This document shows positions 14,201 to 26,616 of a stretch of 64,000 bases of DNA, piece after piece. How positions within the stretch are numbered: position 1 is the stretch's first letter; each line of letters starts with the position of its first letter. Source of the stretch: Botryllus schlosseri (Eukaryota); the NCBI GenBank assembly GCA_051294905.1, contig CM119376.1, positions 4,898,001 through 4,962,000 on the forward strand, written 5' to 3'. The translations under genes were made by a program, and so were the position numbers. The notes below the pieces were generated by a model. The model ran no database searches. It was not told where the DNA came from and worked only from the letters and a program-made list of their open reading frames with translations.

Positions 14201-17200
14201 AGATGGAGCTGCTGAAGGGAACGCAAGCCTTCTGTAAGTAATCGTAGATATTTATAGTTACATCTGCTCCGGACACACAGTGTAAAATGTGGTGCTCCTG
14301 TCACGATATGATGGAATGAACATTGATCGAATAAGACGATGCCAAAACGACGGAGCATGGTCTGACGACCTGGCAGCCTCCTCGATCCTGGCTATTTGAG
14401 TAGTTCTGTTTCTAGCTGCGAATTTTGAAACGGGCGTAGCTCTAGTTCTAGTTTTGGATATTAAAAAGTGTGTAGTTCTAATTCCCAGTTGCGGATTTTC
14501 GAGTGAGTAATTCTAGTTACGCATTTACCAAAAATTAAGTTGCCGTGAAACTAGAAAACGCATGTCGTGTTCTGTTGTGCGATGTTCTTGCAGCCATTGC
14601 TAGTTCATAATCATCTCGCTAACGGCGCAGTAGTCATGGGCTGGGTTGTGCGGGGCGAAACCCCTCTCCTTTCAGCCTAGCCGATTCTGATTGAATAAAA
14701 AGTAACAAGCTCCTTCGAAATAGAATCTACTTGGCTGTGATTTGGCTAGTCGATAATTTTATTTTAGTTGCAAATTTTGAATAGTACTAGCTGTAGTTGT
14801 AGTTGGAGCATTTTGAAAATCCAGTAGTTTGAGTGATGAGTCTACCGCGACGCAATACGATTTTAAGGCATTCTCCTTCAGTTCACGCGATCACGCAATG
14901 CAAGAGCATCGCCCGGCAGTACGGGATATTCTATAACATGATGCACGGAGACAAGATGACAGCTGACGTTAAGAAAATACCCGAGTCTGCTCGCAATCAC
15001 TTTACCTTCGACGCTTATCGATGGGCCGTGTCTACGGTTTCGACTCGGCTTAACAAAGTGGCCATCAAAGCAAAGTAAGTGCAATGTTTTGATGTTGGAG
15101 ATACGCGTCCCTTCTGTTTCAAGCGATTTACAGCAGTGGCGCGGATCTTTCCTGTAGGGTGGGAAAACGTTGTTCCATCGCCTCACCAATCCCATACATG
15201 GCAAAGTCACTGTTTTCGATTCGTTTTAAAATTTATCTAGTTGGCTCTTCTTTTGTCCAACTCTTTTCATCTTCAAAGTCATCAAACCTTTCTCTTCCAG
15301 GGAGGACCCGTGTTCCTGCTGCCACCATGACGAAATGAGCAACTCGACCTTCGCTCTGATACCGTTGTGGGACATGATGAATCACAGCGCCGGCGAGGTG
15401 AGCTTCACAATCTCGTGTTTTAAAACCGAAATGAAACGTTACCATTGATTTTTTTATGTTAGCTGGGCACGAATTGCGATCCGGAAACCGAGACGTGCGT
15501 CTGCTATTCGATGAAGGACTTTCAGGCTGGCGAGCAAGTCACGATATTTTACGGCGCCAGGGACAACACGGCGTTTCTCATTTACAACGGCTTCGTGGCG
15601 GAGAACAACAGATACGACAAAGTCGAAATTCAGCTTGGTTAGTTTTTTTTTGCCTTTTCCGATTTTTAGAATTTCCTTTCAGGTGAAATCTATTTGGTGG
15701 TACGATTGTCGAGATGCGATGTTACAATAGTTGCTGTACAGAACCTCATAATAAATTCGAATTCATATTTATTCCCGAAGCTTGTCGAGCCGACGCTCAT
15801 CAGAGGCTACCGTCAGCTGTAATGCGAGCATTCATACAACAAACATAGTTTTTTGAACGCTCGCGTTATATCTCGCAGCAGGGTTGTAATGGCTCGACTT
15901 GGTCATTTTTTCAAATGCGTAAAATGGCTCGACTAGAGTCAATTTGTGTATTGACTCGAGTTGCACTGGAGTCATTGTGCACGACTTGAACCAAGTCGTA
16001 GAACTCGAGACTAGGACGACCAAGACAGACTCTCATTGTAACTTTGAAGTATAGTAAGGTCAACACATTATTAATATTCTGTCTATCAGTATCATGAATT
16101 CGAGTCATTCTATATCACCCACGCAGACTTGAAAAAAGTGGGTTGAACCGGATTGAACTCAAAACTGAACACTGAACACAACACAATGACTTGGACTCGG
16201 ACTCGAGTCACGATAATATGACTCGGACTCGGCCCTGTACTCACTGACTTGGAATCTACCCTTTACTCGGTGACTTGGACTCGGACTTGACTCGGTGGTG
16301 TATTGAAAATGGCTCGACTTGACTCGAGTCAATACTATAAAAGTGAGATTCACTGGTGACTCGGTTACAACCCCGGCTCACAGTGACTCCTGATGAGTGT
16401 CAGCTCAAAGCATCGGGAATAAATATGAATATATTATTCAATTGTGTACCGAAGTTCTGTACCTCCAAGTTCCTCTTGTTATGCTTAGTGATAAGGTCCT
16501 TGAAACCTAGGCGTGAGCACCAATGACAAGCTATACGCGAAGAAAGTCCAACTGTTGGAGAAGCTTAAAATTAAGCCGAGCGGATCGTTTCAAATTTACG
16601 TGATCGCCGAGAACTTGCCGATTACTCCGGAACTGCAAGCGTTCCTGAGGGTTTTCCATATGAACGAAGGTAAATTGAGGCTACACGTCGAACGATACTA
16701 GTCGCTGCAGCCTTTCATTTTCTTGGTGCGTGCAGAGGACCTCGATGCGTGGAACGGCAGAGAGTACTTTGGCCGCGATAGCCTGCGCGAGATCTTCCTG
16801 CCCGTCAATAGCAACTTGGAGACGGAAAAGAAGATTTGGAAATTTTTGGAGAATCGCGTTAACTTGCTGCTGACGGCATTCAAAAGCGATGAAGTAAGTG
16901 TTGGGAATGTCGCAACGTGGGTGATTGGGTGGCTCTCATTAAGATTTGTACAAACTGCTGAATTTTCCGAATGTGCAATTATGACTGGAATTACCGTACT
17001 CACTTTTCGCGGGGTGTCGAGTTGGTAATGGGAGAGGTGTCGACCCCGACGATCCACTCTCTGGCTACGCCATCGTTAGTTGTGAAGACTGAGTTGGCAA
17101 TGGCTGTCATATCACACCGGCGTCATGACCAATGTTCCCTCTAAGCTGCGCACGTGCGCAAATGCGCAGTGCTGAAACGGTCTCTGCGCACAGAAAATCT

Positions 17201-20200
17201 AGGCTGCGCACAAAAAATCCGAAGTGATGACTTTTTTTTAATCGTTGCGCACTCTTGTCCAAGGCACCGCGCAGGCGCTCTGACTCGAGAAAAATGAGAG
17301 GGAACATTGCCAGGGGTAAATACTGCTATCGCTGAAGTCTGAAACCGAGGTAGGCCTACAAGTGCGGATCGAAAAGGCAAATATTGCGCTCCGCGAAGCA
17401 ATGAGAATTTGCAATCGTGTGCGACTCATGAAAGAGATTTTTCTTTTACTATGGTATCGTACGCGTGAGCGATACTGATATCATATCAATAGCGCAATCC
17501 TTTGTGGGAATAGCAAAATAACGTGGTTTAACAAAATTATAAATAACAATGGGCTAGCTAGAAGTTAACTGCGAGAAACTAACGAATAGTCTTCTCCGCG
17601 TGTCATGAATATTGTGTAAGATTTACTGTACAATTACATGCCGCGAATTTTCGAAGTCATCACTTCCATCAGGCGAATCTGATCACGTATGGTGATATAG
17701 GATAATATGCAGAATGGCCTGTGCAAGTACAAGCACCAATATTGTTGAAAAAATCCATCCCTTTGCAAACGTTGATCGGGAAATGTAGCAACTATATGCA
17801 CTGTAGGGTGTTGCATTAGATCAGCTTCTCAGCACCACAAATTTGTGATTTCATTCTATTCGTTTGAACGGATATCTTCTGTCGGTAAGGTCACACGCTG
17901 ATCTTGTTCTTGCTTCAATCAGACTTGATTATTCGTATCAGTATATCTGACTGTATGTCTTGATAGTAATGAGTGCATTGCCGGTATTAAGACGTCACAT
18001 CAGTGTTTTAACGCGATAGGCCTACATCGATCGCATGTATTGATTTCAAGTGCGTTCTCGTGCGTGTATATGTCTGTCTTCTAGTAATCCATATTATGTT
18101 ACCATATCGTCGAAGTGGAATCAAAGTGACTAATGTCCAGATTTCAATATCTTTTGGCATAGCAGATAGGAGGTCACGAAATAGCGTGATGTAAGGAAGT
18201 CATTATACCAACGGGTACGCCCGAAGATGTTTGATTATATTTAGGGGTCCTACCTTTTCCAACACATCTCACTCGATCAGCTTTACCTGTTAATGTGATT
18301 ACGTGAGCAGAGACAGGATTAAAATTGATAGCAATATATGCAATTCCCGATGATATTGACCGATTTAATCATGAATTATGGACAATTTTCGCGCCTCGCA
18401 CGTTTTGGCGAAACGCCCACTAAACAAAGACCAGACATAGATGATTAGTAGCGGTGAAAAGCGTGTAGCCTGAGGGGGGTCTGGGGGGCGAAGCCCCCCA
18501 GAAGTTCGGTTTATCACCCTATGGGGGGCCTGGTTGCGCACTGTTGTCCAAGGGCCTGCGCAGTGAGTTGGCGTATTTGCGCAGACTCGTGAAGAATTAG
18601 AGGGAACATTGGTCATGACTCATACCTAGTTGTACTACAACTAAATTTTGTAAAATGCGCAACTAAAACTACTCGCTTCTCAACATCCGCAACTAGAAAT
18701 AGAACTGGAACTACTCGCTTTTTAAAGCCCAGAACTAGAACGAGTCAAAAAAAAGTAGTAGTGGTTTGTACAAGACTATTAAGTACATTCGGGTACTCGT
18801 AAAATTTCCATGCCGAGCCATAATTTCCATGTATGTATCAGTTGGCTACTTTGTTTTTGCCCGTAACAATGAACGTGCAACGTATTATATATTATTAATC
18901 ACAATGATCCAGGAAGATGCAGTTGTTTAATTCTGCTTGTTCATAGCCAAGAAAAATAATTTTACTCCTGGCAAATTCCCTATAAACGAGCCAACTTGTT
19001 GCTGCAGTAGTGCAAGTATTTAAAAGCCACTTGACTACTACTAGGGTTGTAATGAATCGAGTCTTGCCTAGACTCTAGTCACTTTATATATTGATTCGAT
19101 AGACTCTGTTCCTGTAATAGATTTAATAACGTTTCTTGGATGTAGGGTCTTCTACCTGTTTGAATAAACATGTTGAAAATGCAAAAAATATGTATATTAC
19201 GAATGTGAGCCGTTCGATATCACCCAAAAGTTCTAAAGTGAGTTGAACTAGAGACCGAACAGCGAACGCTATTATTTGGACTCGGACTGGACTCAAAACC
19301 ATAAAAGTGAAATTGACTTGTGACTCGGGAGTCGGAACCGAGTGACCTGATTATAACCCTGAGACGGGAGTGTCGTGAAAAAGAAGCACTTTGCACTGAC
19401 GAACTCTAGGCAGCAGTATCTGCAAACGCTTGTCATAACTTCATTTGAATGATTGTGGCAATGTGGGGAGAACGTCACAACGTTTGACCCTAGATTTATT
19501 GGATCGCGCTCGGAGAAAAGTTCACCCTCGACTGATCCCTTGAAGCTTGATTCTGAACCGCCGAAAGGCTGAGTTCTGCCATTGGCCAACATTTGATGGA
19601 TAATTCTGTTATTCAGCTTCTTGGAGGTACAGAACTTCAATATACAATTGAATAGTAAATTTATATTGAAATGAACCCAAATATTTTCGGCTGACACTCG
19701 TCAGGGGTAATCGTCAGCAACTAGTAGAGAATTCAAAAGAACAGCGATTGTTACGATTGTTGATATACGATGTTCTTTTGAATTCTCTACTACTTGCTGA
19801 CGATTACCCCTGACGAGTGTCAGCCGAAAACATTCGGGTTCATTTCAATATGAATATACTATACAATTCTTTTGGTACGAAACCTTACCGAGACGACGGA
19901 TCTCGCGTCACCTTGGAGTCGATTTTCATCAAAATACGCCAACTTGAAAAATTTCATGCCGGTGACGTCATATTTGCTGATACGATTGTCGATATACAAT
20001 TTTCTTTCCAATTGTCTACTTATCCGAATGTGACGATTACCCCTGACGAGTATTACCAAAAACATTCGGGTTCGTTTCGATATGATCTCAATAGTATATT
20101 GACGTTGTGTGCCTCCAAGAAGCTCGTCGTGATTTGTGAAATATTTCAGGAGCTGGAAAAAATGCTGTCCGATGCCGACAGCTCGCCCCGAGCGAAACTA

Positions 20201-20506
20201 GCGATCAAACTACAGATCGAGTCGAAAAAGATCTTGTCTTCCTGCCGCGATTTCTGCGTCGACTCTTACACCCGGGCGGAAGAGTACGTATGGCAGATCG
20301 CCCAGCAAATGGTGGGCGAAGCCGCGTCTGAGAGTCCGGCTCCGGACGTCGAAGGCGGGGAAGCTCTGCCGGTGCTGTCCGAGTCCGAAACTCTGCAGAC
20401 TTTGTCCGAGTTATCTGTCGCCGATCATGGAAGACACGAGCACGCCGGAAATGGTTGTTGCGGAGAGAATAAAACACTTGCTGCCCCCAATGCAGTTGAA
20501 TCTTGA
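11237..20506 (+). CDS. SETD3: SETD3 actin-histidine N-methyltransferase, 12 exons, 581 aa
   Basis: Exons 11237-11339, 11399-11494, 12070-12212, 13297-13369, 13425-13535, 14153-14233, 14882-15074, 15301-15397, 15463-15637, 16511-16669, 16736-16893, 20150-20506; all GT-AG and phase-consistent. Matches recalled human SETD3: MGRKSR start, EWDTYLQV, SFYKPYI, YRWAVSTVSTRLN, ALIPLWDMMNH, DFQAGEQVTIFYG, LQAFLRVF, KIWKFLENRVNLLL, RAKLAIKL. Confidence 0.95.
12376..13217. mobile_element. hAT MITE in SETD3 intron 3
   Basis: TIRs cagtgatggtcaacc / ggttggccacccctg with a perfect 8-bp TSD ATCTACTG (12368-12375, 13218-13225). Confidence 0.85.
14385..14830. repeat. MITE family rich in ACTAGAACTAC/GTAGTTCTAGT motifs
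   Basis: The same reiterated motif occurs at ~11690-11830, ~18620-18780 and ~23680-23792. Confidence 0.55.
15879..16375. mobile_element. MITE with CAGGGTTGTAA termini and GACTCGAGTC subterminal repeats (SETD3 intron 9)
   Basis: cagggttgtaat ... ttacaaccccg; flanks tctcgcag/gctcacag match 6/8. Relatives at 19042-19361, 51180-51420 and 61738-62686. Confidence 0.7.
17130..18611. mobile_element. hAT non-autonomous element in SETD3 intron 11
   Basis: TIR caatgttccctctaa / ttagagggaacattg with a perfect 8-bp TSD GTCATGAC (17122-17129, 18612-18619). Carries the satellite-like module also seen at 37100-37870, 47800-48760 and 63000-64000. Confidence 0.85.
19608..20125. mobile_element. Palindromic MITE family copy at the end of SETD3 intron 11
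   Basis: agcttcttggagg ... cctccaagaagct termini with an internal inverted pair of the GATTACCCCTGACGAGTGTCAGCCG module. Confidence 0.75.
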
Positions 20507-21499
20507 AGTCTATGACATTTTGCTCTCTGGCACTTATGAAATCTCCACGATATCCTAAGTGCCGGCGAAGAGTGCGGAGTTTTTCTTGTAAACGCAATAT
20601 TCCTATGCATGTGCAGTCTGATCCCCGGACATGAGTCGAAGCATGATTACGTCAACAGCTTTATTTTGCCTTTTCAGTTTGGCCGCGATACTCGGGGCTG
20701 TTCGTGTTCGTTTCAGAAAACGCATCATTCGTTCTTCATAGTCGGTAAATACACGCTGAGCACGAGTCGTGGTGTCATACGTTGCTACGTCTCTGATTCT
20801 GAATAACGGCTTGATTTGACTATGGGTTGGTTGTAGTTTGTGAGTTTGCAGCAGTTATGAATAGCAGTGAGCAGCGTAGGATACTGTGATTCCAATGATT
20901 GCTGACACGATGGCAGTAGTCGACTGGGTTCTTCATGCCAACATTCGATTAGTTATGAAACAACGCTGGGTGTGTTGTATTGAATGTACGGTACACCTTG
21001 AAAGATCCTATCGGTATCAGTTCATTAATAATTTCATCATTTGAAAACACCAGAAGACTGATACCGTGAACAGATTCTCGAAACGACTGATCCTATGGTA
21101 CGAGAACGCGCGTGCGTTGCACTGACGCGCTTTTGATTCCGAGGTGGAGTGGTTGAAATTTGTGGGTCAGTGACCGCAATGGAACTGATACATGTATGCT
21201 CGATTCTTTATACCAATTGACATTCAATTGCGTTGAAAGCAGCGCCGGGCATGTTCTATTCGCGGCACCGCGATGGAGCCAAGAAGCGCGCGCGTGTCCT
21301 GCAGTAAATCAGATACCGATTTGGTACGAAGGGTTTTGATGGCACCTTGTTAGATACTTCCTTGAGCGTATTGGACCCACGGGAAGTATGATTCGCTATT
21401 TCATCACACAACTTTCTGACACGGTGGCCTCTGGCTGAGTGTAAATGGAAATTAGGCGCTTTCAGCGACGACAGGAGAGCTTGAGATAACCAAGTGAGA

Positions 21500-21730
21500 G
21501 TATCTCGGAATCAAAAGCGCACAAGTAGTGGAACAGTATCCCGCAGGCCATCCGACAGTCGACGATCATGTCCAGTTTTGTCCACATTCATGTCAAAATA
21601 CAAGCAATCTCTACTAAGTGATTGCTGGACCACGACCTGACCTATAGACCCCGCCTTCCGTGACACGCCACCCCATTTTTTATCGCTTGCTTTTTTCTAT
21701 ACGATCTTCTTTTACTTTTCATTCAGGGTA
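21500..21730 (+). repeat. Dispersed repeat shared with 61235-61555
   Basis: ggaatcaaaagcgcacaagta..cagtcgacga..gtcaaaatacaagcaat..ggaccac occurs in both places. A 17-bp inverted copy gcgcttttgattccgag lies at ~21128. Confidence 0.6.
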
Positions 21731-21750
21731 CAGGACACTGTGTACGTACA

Positions 21751-22638
21751 TAGGGCACTTCAAAAATGACTTTTACTCAAATCCAACTGGCTACTTGATA
21801 AAATTGTTAGGTTCCCTAATTTAAGCCTACACACCAAATTTGGTTCAATTCCAACCATTAGTCGCATTGCTACAGGAGAAGAAAGTTTCTATTTATTATA
21901 TAAAAATAATTAACAAAAAATTTGAAAATTCTCTATTCACCTACCCATGAAAGCGTTAGTTTGTCTATAGAAACGATGTTCACCAAATTTGGTTGAATTC
22001 CAACCAGTACAGGCGGAGTTATTGCTGTCGAAAAATTTGGATTTGAATAAAATAGTATTTACGGTCACCGGCGATAACTCCGCTTTACGGTCACCGTAAT
22101 TACTATTTTATTCATAATCCAAATTTTTCGACGGCGAAAACTCGATCCGATTCCACTGGTTGGAATTGAACCAAATTTGGTGAACATCGTTTCTATAGAC
22201 AAACTAACGCTTTCGTGGGGTGAACAGAAAATTTCCAATTTTTTTTTTAGTTATTCATTTTTAAATAATAAAGTCTTCAGAGACGATGCAAAACAAATTT
22301 GACTCAATTCCAACGAGTAGAAGCGGAGTTATTCGTTGATAATCTCGGATTATCTACGAAAAACTTCAATAACTCCGCTTCTACTCGTTGGAATTGAGTC
22401 AAATTTGTTTTGCATCGTCTCTGAAGACAGCTCAACAATTTGATGGGGCGGACGGAAAAATTTGGAATTTTTTTTTTCAATTTTCCATTATAAATTAAAA
22501 ATTTTAATTGGATCTGCGGAGCCTTATACTTGATAGAATTGAACCAAATTTGGTGCGCAGAGTTTTTTAGGGTAACCTGACAATTTAATGCCTGAAGGGC
22601 TGGAATCCAGAAGAAAAAGTTATTTTTGAACAGCCCTA
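21751..22638. mobile_element. Multi-palindrome MITE with TAGGG..TTCAAAAAT termini
   Basis: tagggcacttcaaaaatgac / gttatttttgaacagcccta termini. Two internal hairpins: ~21925-22245 imperfect, and 22273-22428 with perfect 61-bp arms. No TSD found. Confidence 0.75.
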
Positions 22639-22777
22639 CCGACCCGTACATCCTGAATCAAAATAACAATGTTTATCAGCTTCAGTTTTATTGCATCGGT
22701 TTGAACATTCATTGGCCATATTCCACTTATAGTTGGCCTCTCTCGAGACAATTGCAATTCGCCGGCAAACGACCGCA

Positions 22778-25132
22778 TCAAAGCTCGTCTTTATCTTTGA
22801 TCTTCAACAACTCTACATCGAAGATGAGGGTGGCGCCACCTAAAATCCAACGGCATAGTGATTAGGGTTGGGCAAAATCGAGTTCCTGCGTTATTCGATA
22901 CTGAATCACGTATTTCGAGTCGAGTATCACTCATTATGACGTCACTGCAGAATGTACTATGTCAAAGTTCAAACATGTACATTTTATGCCACCACACAAA
23001 ACATGCCTGTCCTGTTATCCGTCGACCGTACTAACATTAAAGACGCTTTAGTATTTTCCGACCATACCAATTTCATTGCACTTCTTGACAACGTTGCGAA
23101 ATGATCATGACTTCGGAAATGTGTTATTTCCAGCAACGTTCGTAGCTTTGTACTATGTCTCGTATGCTACGACACGGCCAATCAAGGTTTCAAGGCTTCC
23201 TCAGCAGAAAATAGTATCAAGATGTCAGTGTAATACTATGGCATAGTCTTACATGGTCTTGCTACATGAAAACTAAGAAACAAGCATTGCACCAACCTGG
23301 TATCTTAGGCGGAGATCCACGATCACCGTATCCTGTCAATTCACAATGTTTGATGAAGATATTATTACAAAAACAAACAACGATACCAACCCATGTCGCT
23401 GGGAATCTTCAACTTTCTTCGCTCACCTTCGCACATTCTAATGGTAACAAAATATAGATAAGGTTTGGCTATATAAATAACGCAACTATGAGCCCACCAG
23501 TTGGAAAAACTCAATACTTTCCCGGAGCTGTTTGGACAGACTTGCATTACATGGCAATGTTAACAAGACGTGGCGTCAATATATGAAATCGTACGTTAAA
23601 TTTCAGTGGTATGAGCAATATGAAAGTATGTTAGACAAAAATGAGACGTTAAGTCTCAGTCGGCATACTTATAGAAACTACTGGAACTAGAACTAATCAC
23701 TTTACAAAAGCTGCAACTACAACTACTCGAAAAACTGTAATTTAGTTGACAGTCAACTAACTAAATTGGTAGTTAGTACAAGTCGCACCTCTGTTAATTA
23801 TTACCCAACTGACATCAGACTAGCTCAACAATCATTTGCTATGCTCCGGCATGAGCTCAACTTGAAAGGCTGATTCTGGAAGCCTGAAGACTAGAAGAAA
23901 TACATCAATATTCCCATTCTCCAACTCGCTACTACTGTGGCGTGACATCACAAAAATCACCGATATTTTTTGCCCTCAATGGCTGATACTGATATTTCTT
24001 TAAAAGTGTGATATTGACTCGACATTATTGGTGAACCGATGATCGGTCGGGCTATAATTATTACAGATCCCTTCCTGCTTACTCACCCGAGAAGACCTTT
24101 GTCCCATCCCTTGATGACCATTCCCTTGCCTAGAGTGAAGGTGAAAGGAGTATCACGGTCCCGTGAGCTGTCAAACTTGGACCCGTCCTCCAGTGTGCCC
24201 TGACAGGTAATGAAAATAACAATCGAGAGTATACTTTTGAAACCTAAACATGTACTATCAAAAAAGGACTCTTCTTACTAGCGATTATTCTGCAACAGTA
24301 TCACAATATGTCATGTTGTAGTTCTGCTTAAGAGGATAAAATTTCTAGTGAAGTGTGACTGGCTATATTTTATTTGTGGTCACATATAATGTTCACATTG
24401 CTCATGATGTTAAAATGAGCGATACTCCGTTTTTCCCAGTGCTAGCAGGTCAACAATTCCCAACAATGAATTACGGTAAGTAAAAATCGTTGGTGACAGT
24501 ATTCATGAATCATGATATATTCATGAATCATGATAACAGTTTTCCCCAGAAAACATTCTCGGATAAAATATTCCCCCGCCATACACTTTCAAGATATTGC
24601 AAGGAGTGTTATCGCAGTGTAACGCGGTTCGCAATGGTACAGCACTGACACTGAGGCATGGTTGGACAACTAGGAAATTTTCAGCTTTTCCAAATAAGAT
24701 TAGAATTATAGCTACACACCTTTTTCAAAATCAAAGTAGATTTAGATAGTTCTTTTCCAATAACATTAGAATTACTGAATTCGCGAAAACTAGGAACTTT
24801 AATAAGTTTCGTTCTTATCAAATCAGAGTTCATCTCATAAGCACCGGGCTTGGCTTTCTTCGCTCTATTCAGTTCTGTAGCCTTTTCAGGAAATTTCGTT
24901 CTTAGTAGAAAACTAGAATGATGTAGCTGTCTAAGTCAGCAGTAAGGCATAGTCCTAACATAAGTAGCTCCCACTTAATACTCACGGTATAATGCATATC
25001 GAGCACATCTCCGCTTCGGCTTTTACGTTCGCATTCCACCCGCTTCAACACTCCGATTTGCAGTTTATCCACTTTCGCATGCGCCGTCACACAGAAAACT
25101 GCGACGCACGCAACTAAAGGTAACAATCTCAT
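22778..25132 (-). CDS. FKBP2: ER-lumen FKBP-type peptidyl-prolyl isomerase (FKBP2/FKBP13), 5 exons, 134 aa
   Basis: Exons 25132-24986, 24199-24087, 23437-23391, 23332-23297, 22839-22778; GT-AG and phase-consistent. Signal peptide [19 protein letters not shown], then [87 protein letters not shown]. Ends in KDEL-stop. Confidence 0.95.
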
Positions 25133-25947
25133 GACTCTATAATCTCACTAGATCAACAAATAGAAATGGATTTACTCGATACGTAGAAATCAAATCACAG
25201 GCGACAGAATCGGTTAGGCAAAATGCGCCGTTAACAGTATGAACAAATTCTAATTGACAAGCCGTGCGGGGAATCAGAATGCTGCAAATTGACAACAGCA
25301 TTGTTGGAACTTACTGCAATGAAAAAATAGGGCATAAATCCAGGTAAAAGATTGGATGATTCGCATTGTATATTCCAAACAAAATTTATTTATTGGAGAC
25401 TTGAGACTAATGTGAGCACGGCACATTGTGTAATTTCTTACAGCAATTATTAATCTTTCCAAGTGACTAGTACACAGGATATTATATTGCGTTCATCACA
25501 AAATAACACGGTCACAAACAGTAATCAGGTAGGCTATTCAATTTCATATACGCTATGTCCATCTATGGCTCATTCAAAGGATATTCTGATCAGTTTGACC
25601 GATATTTGCCAGGGTAAATACAGATTGGAGAAAATACATTGCACTTGATGATAATCATAAAGTAAAATAATGAAGATACAAAAATTTGACTACAGCAGAG
25701 TCAGATATAATTGGTAACAAATATCACTGGCGCTACATTGCGCAGGAAGTCCAACGCCGTCATCTCCATGTTACCGCCGTGAATTCTATCATATATCGAT
25801 GTGATTGAAAATATAATCTATGGCAGAGTAATCATTGTTGGATTCAAATGTGTTAGGAATATAGAATGGGTCAAAATACACATACACCGTGAAATGATTC
25901 ATATGCAGCCTAGAATGGTCGAAATTTGTTATCAATAGTATAGGCGT

Positions 25948-26545
25948 TAGGGTTGTTCAAAAATAACTTTTTTCTTCAAATTTTACTGGGTACTTGATAA
26001 AATTGTTAAGCTTGTTACAAAAATGTTACACGCCAAATCTGGGTCAATTTCAAACTGTAGTATCTCAGGTATCAGAGTAAGAAAAATCTTTTCATTAAAA
26101 CTTAATTTTTTTCCAAATTTCGCTGGTTATGCCGTGAAATTGTTGAGTTGTTTGATTAAACGGTTCGTTGCAAATTTGGCTCAATCCCAATCGGCAGAAG
26201 TGAAGCTTTTGGAGTAGCAAAATTTGGATGTGACGCAACAGTATTTACGATGAGTGGTTCTAAAATTAATGAGTAAAGAATTTCCCGAAATCCAAAATTT
26301 TTCACTCCAATATCTTTGCTTCTACGGGTTGGAATGGAGCCAGATTTGTTACGAATTGTATTTTGATGCAACTTAACAATTTCATAGAGTAGCCAGTATA
26401 ATTTGAAAAAAAATATTTTCTTAATAAATTTGAAATTCTGTAACTCTAATAGCTACGCTTCTTAAGGATGGAATTGAGCCAAATCTCGTGCAAAGCGTTT
26501 TTCAGCAAACCTACCAATTAACCAAGTTATTTTTTAACAACCCGA
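25948..26545. mobile_element. Second copy of the multi-palindrome MITE between WASHC2 and FKBP2
   Basis: tagggttgttcaaaaataac / gttattttttaacaacccga termini and the shared ccaaatttgg..caattc module. Confidence 0.7.
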
Positions 26546-26616
26546 ATATTGCATAATGCATATTGCATAAGCATAACCATGCGGGTGTCTGTCTTTTTGT
26601 AGTCGATTTGGCAAGT

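Noticed and set aside
17690-17850. Possible decayed PHD-like Cys pattern on the minus strand inside the 17130-18611 element
   Set aside because: Two stops and poor ligand spacing; not distinguishable from chance.
19817-20149. N-terminal half of the 229-aa ORF 19817-20506
   Set aside because: It is palindromic MITE sequence that happens to be open in frame with SETD3 exon 12. A proper acceptor (atatttcag) lies at 20149.
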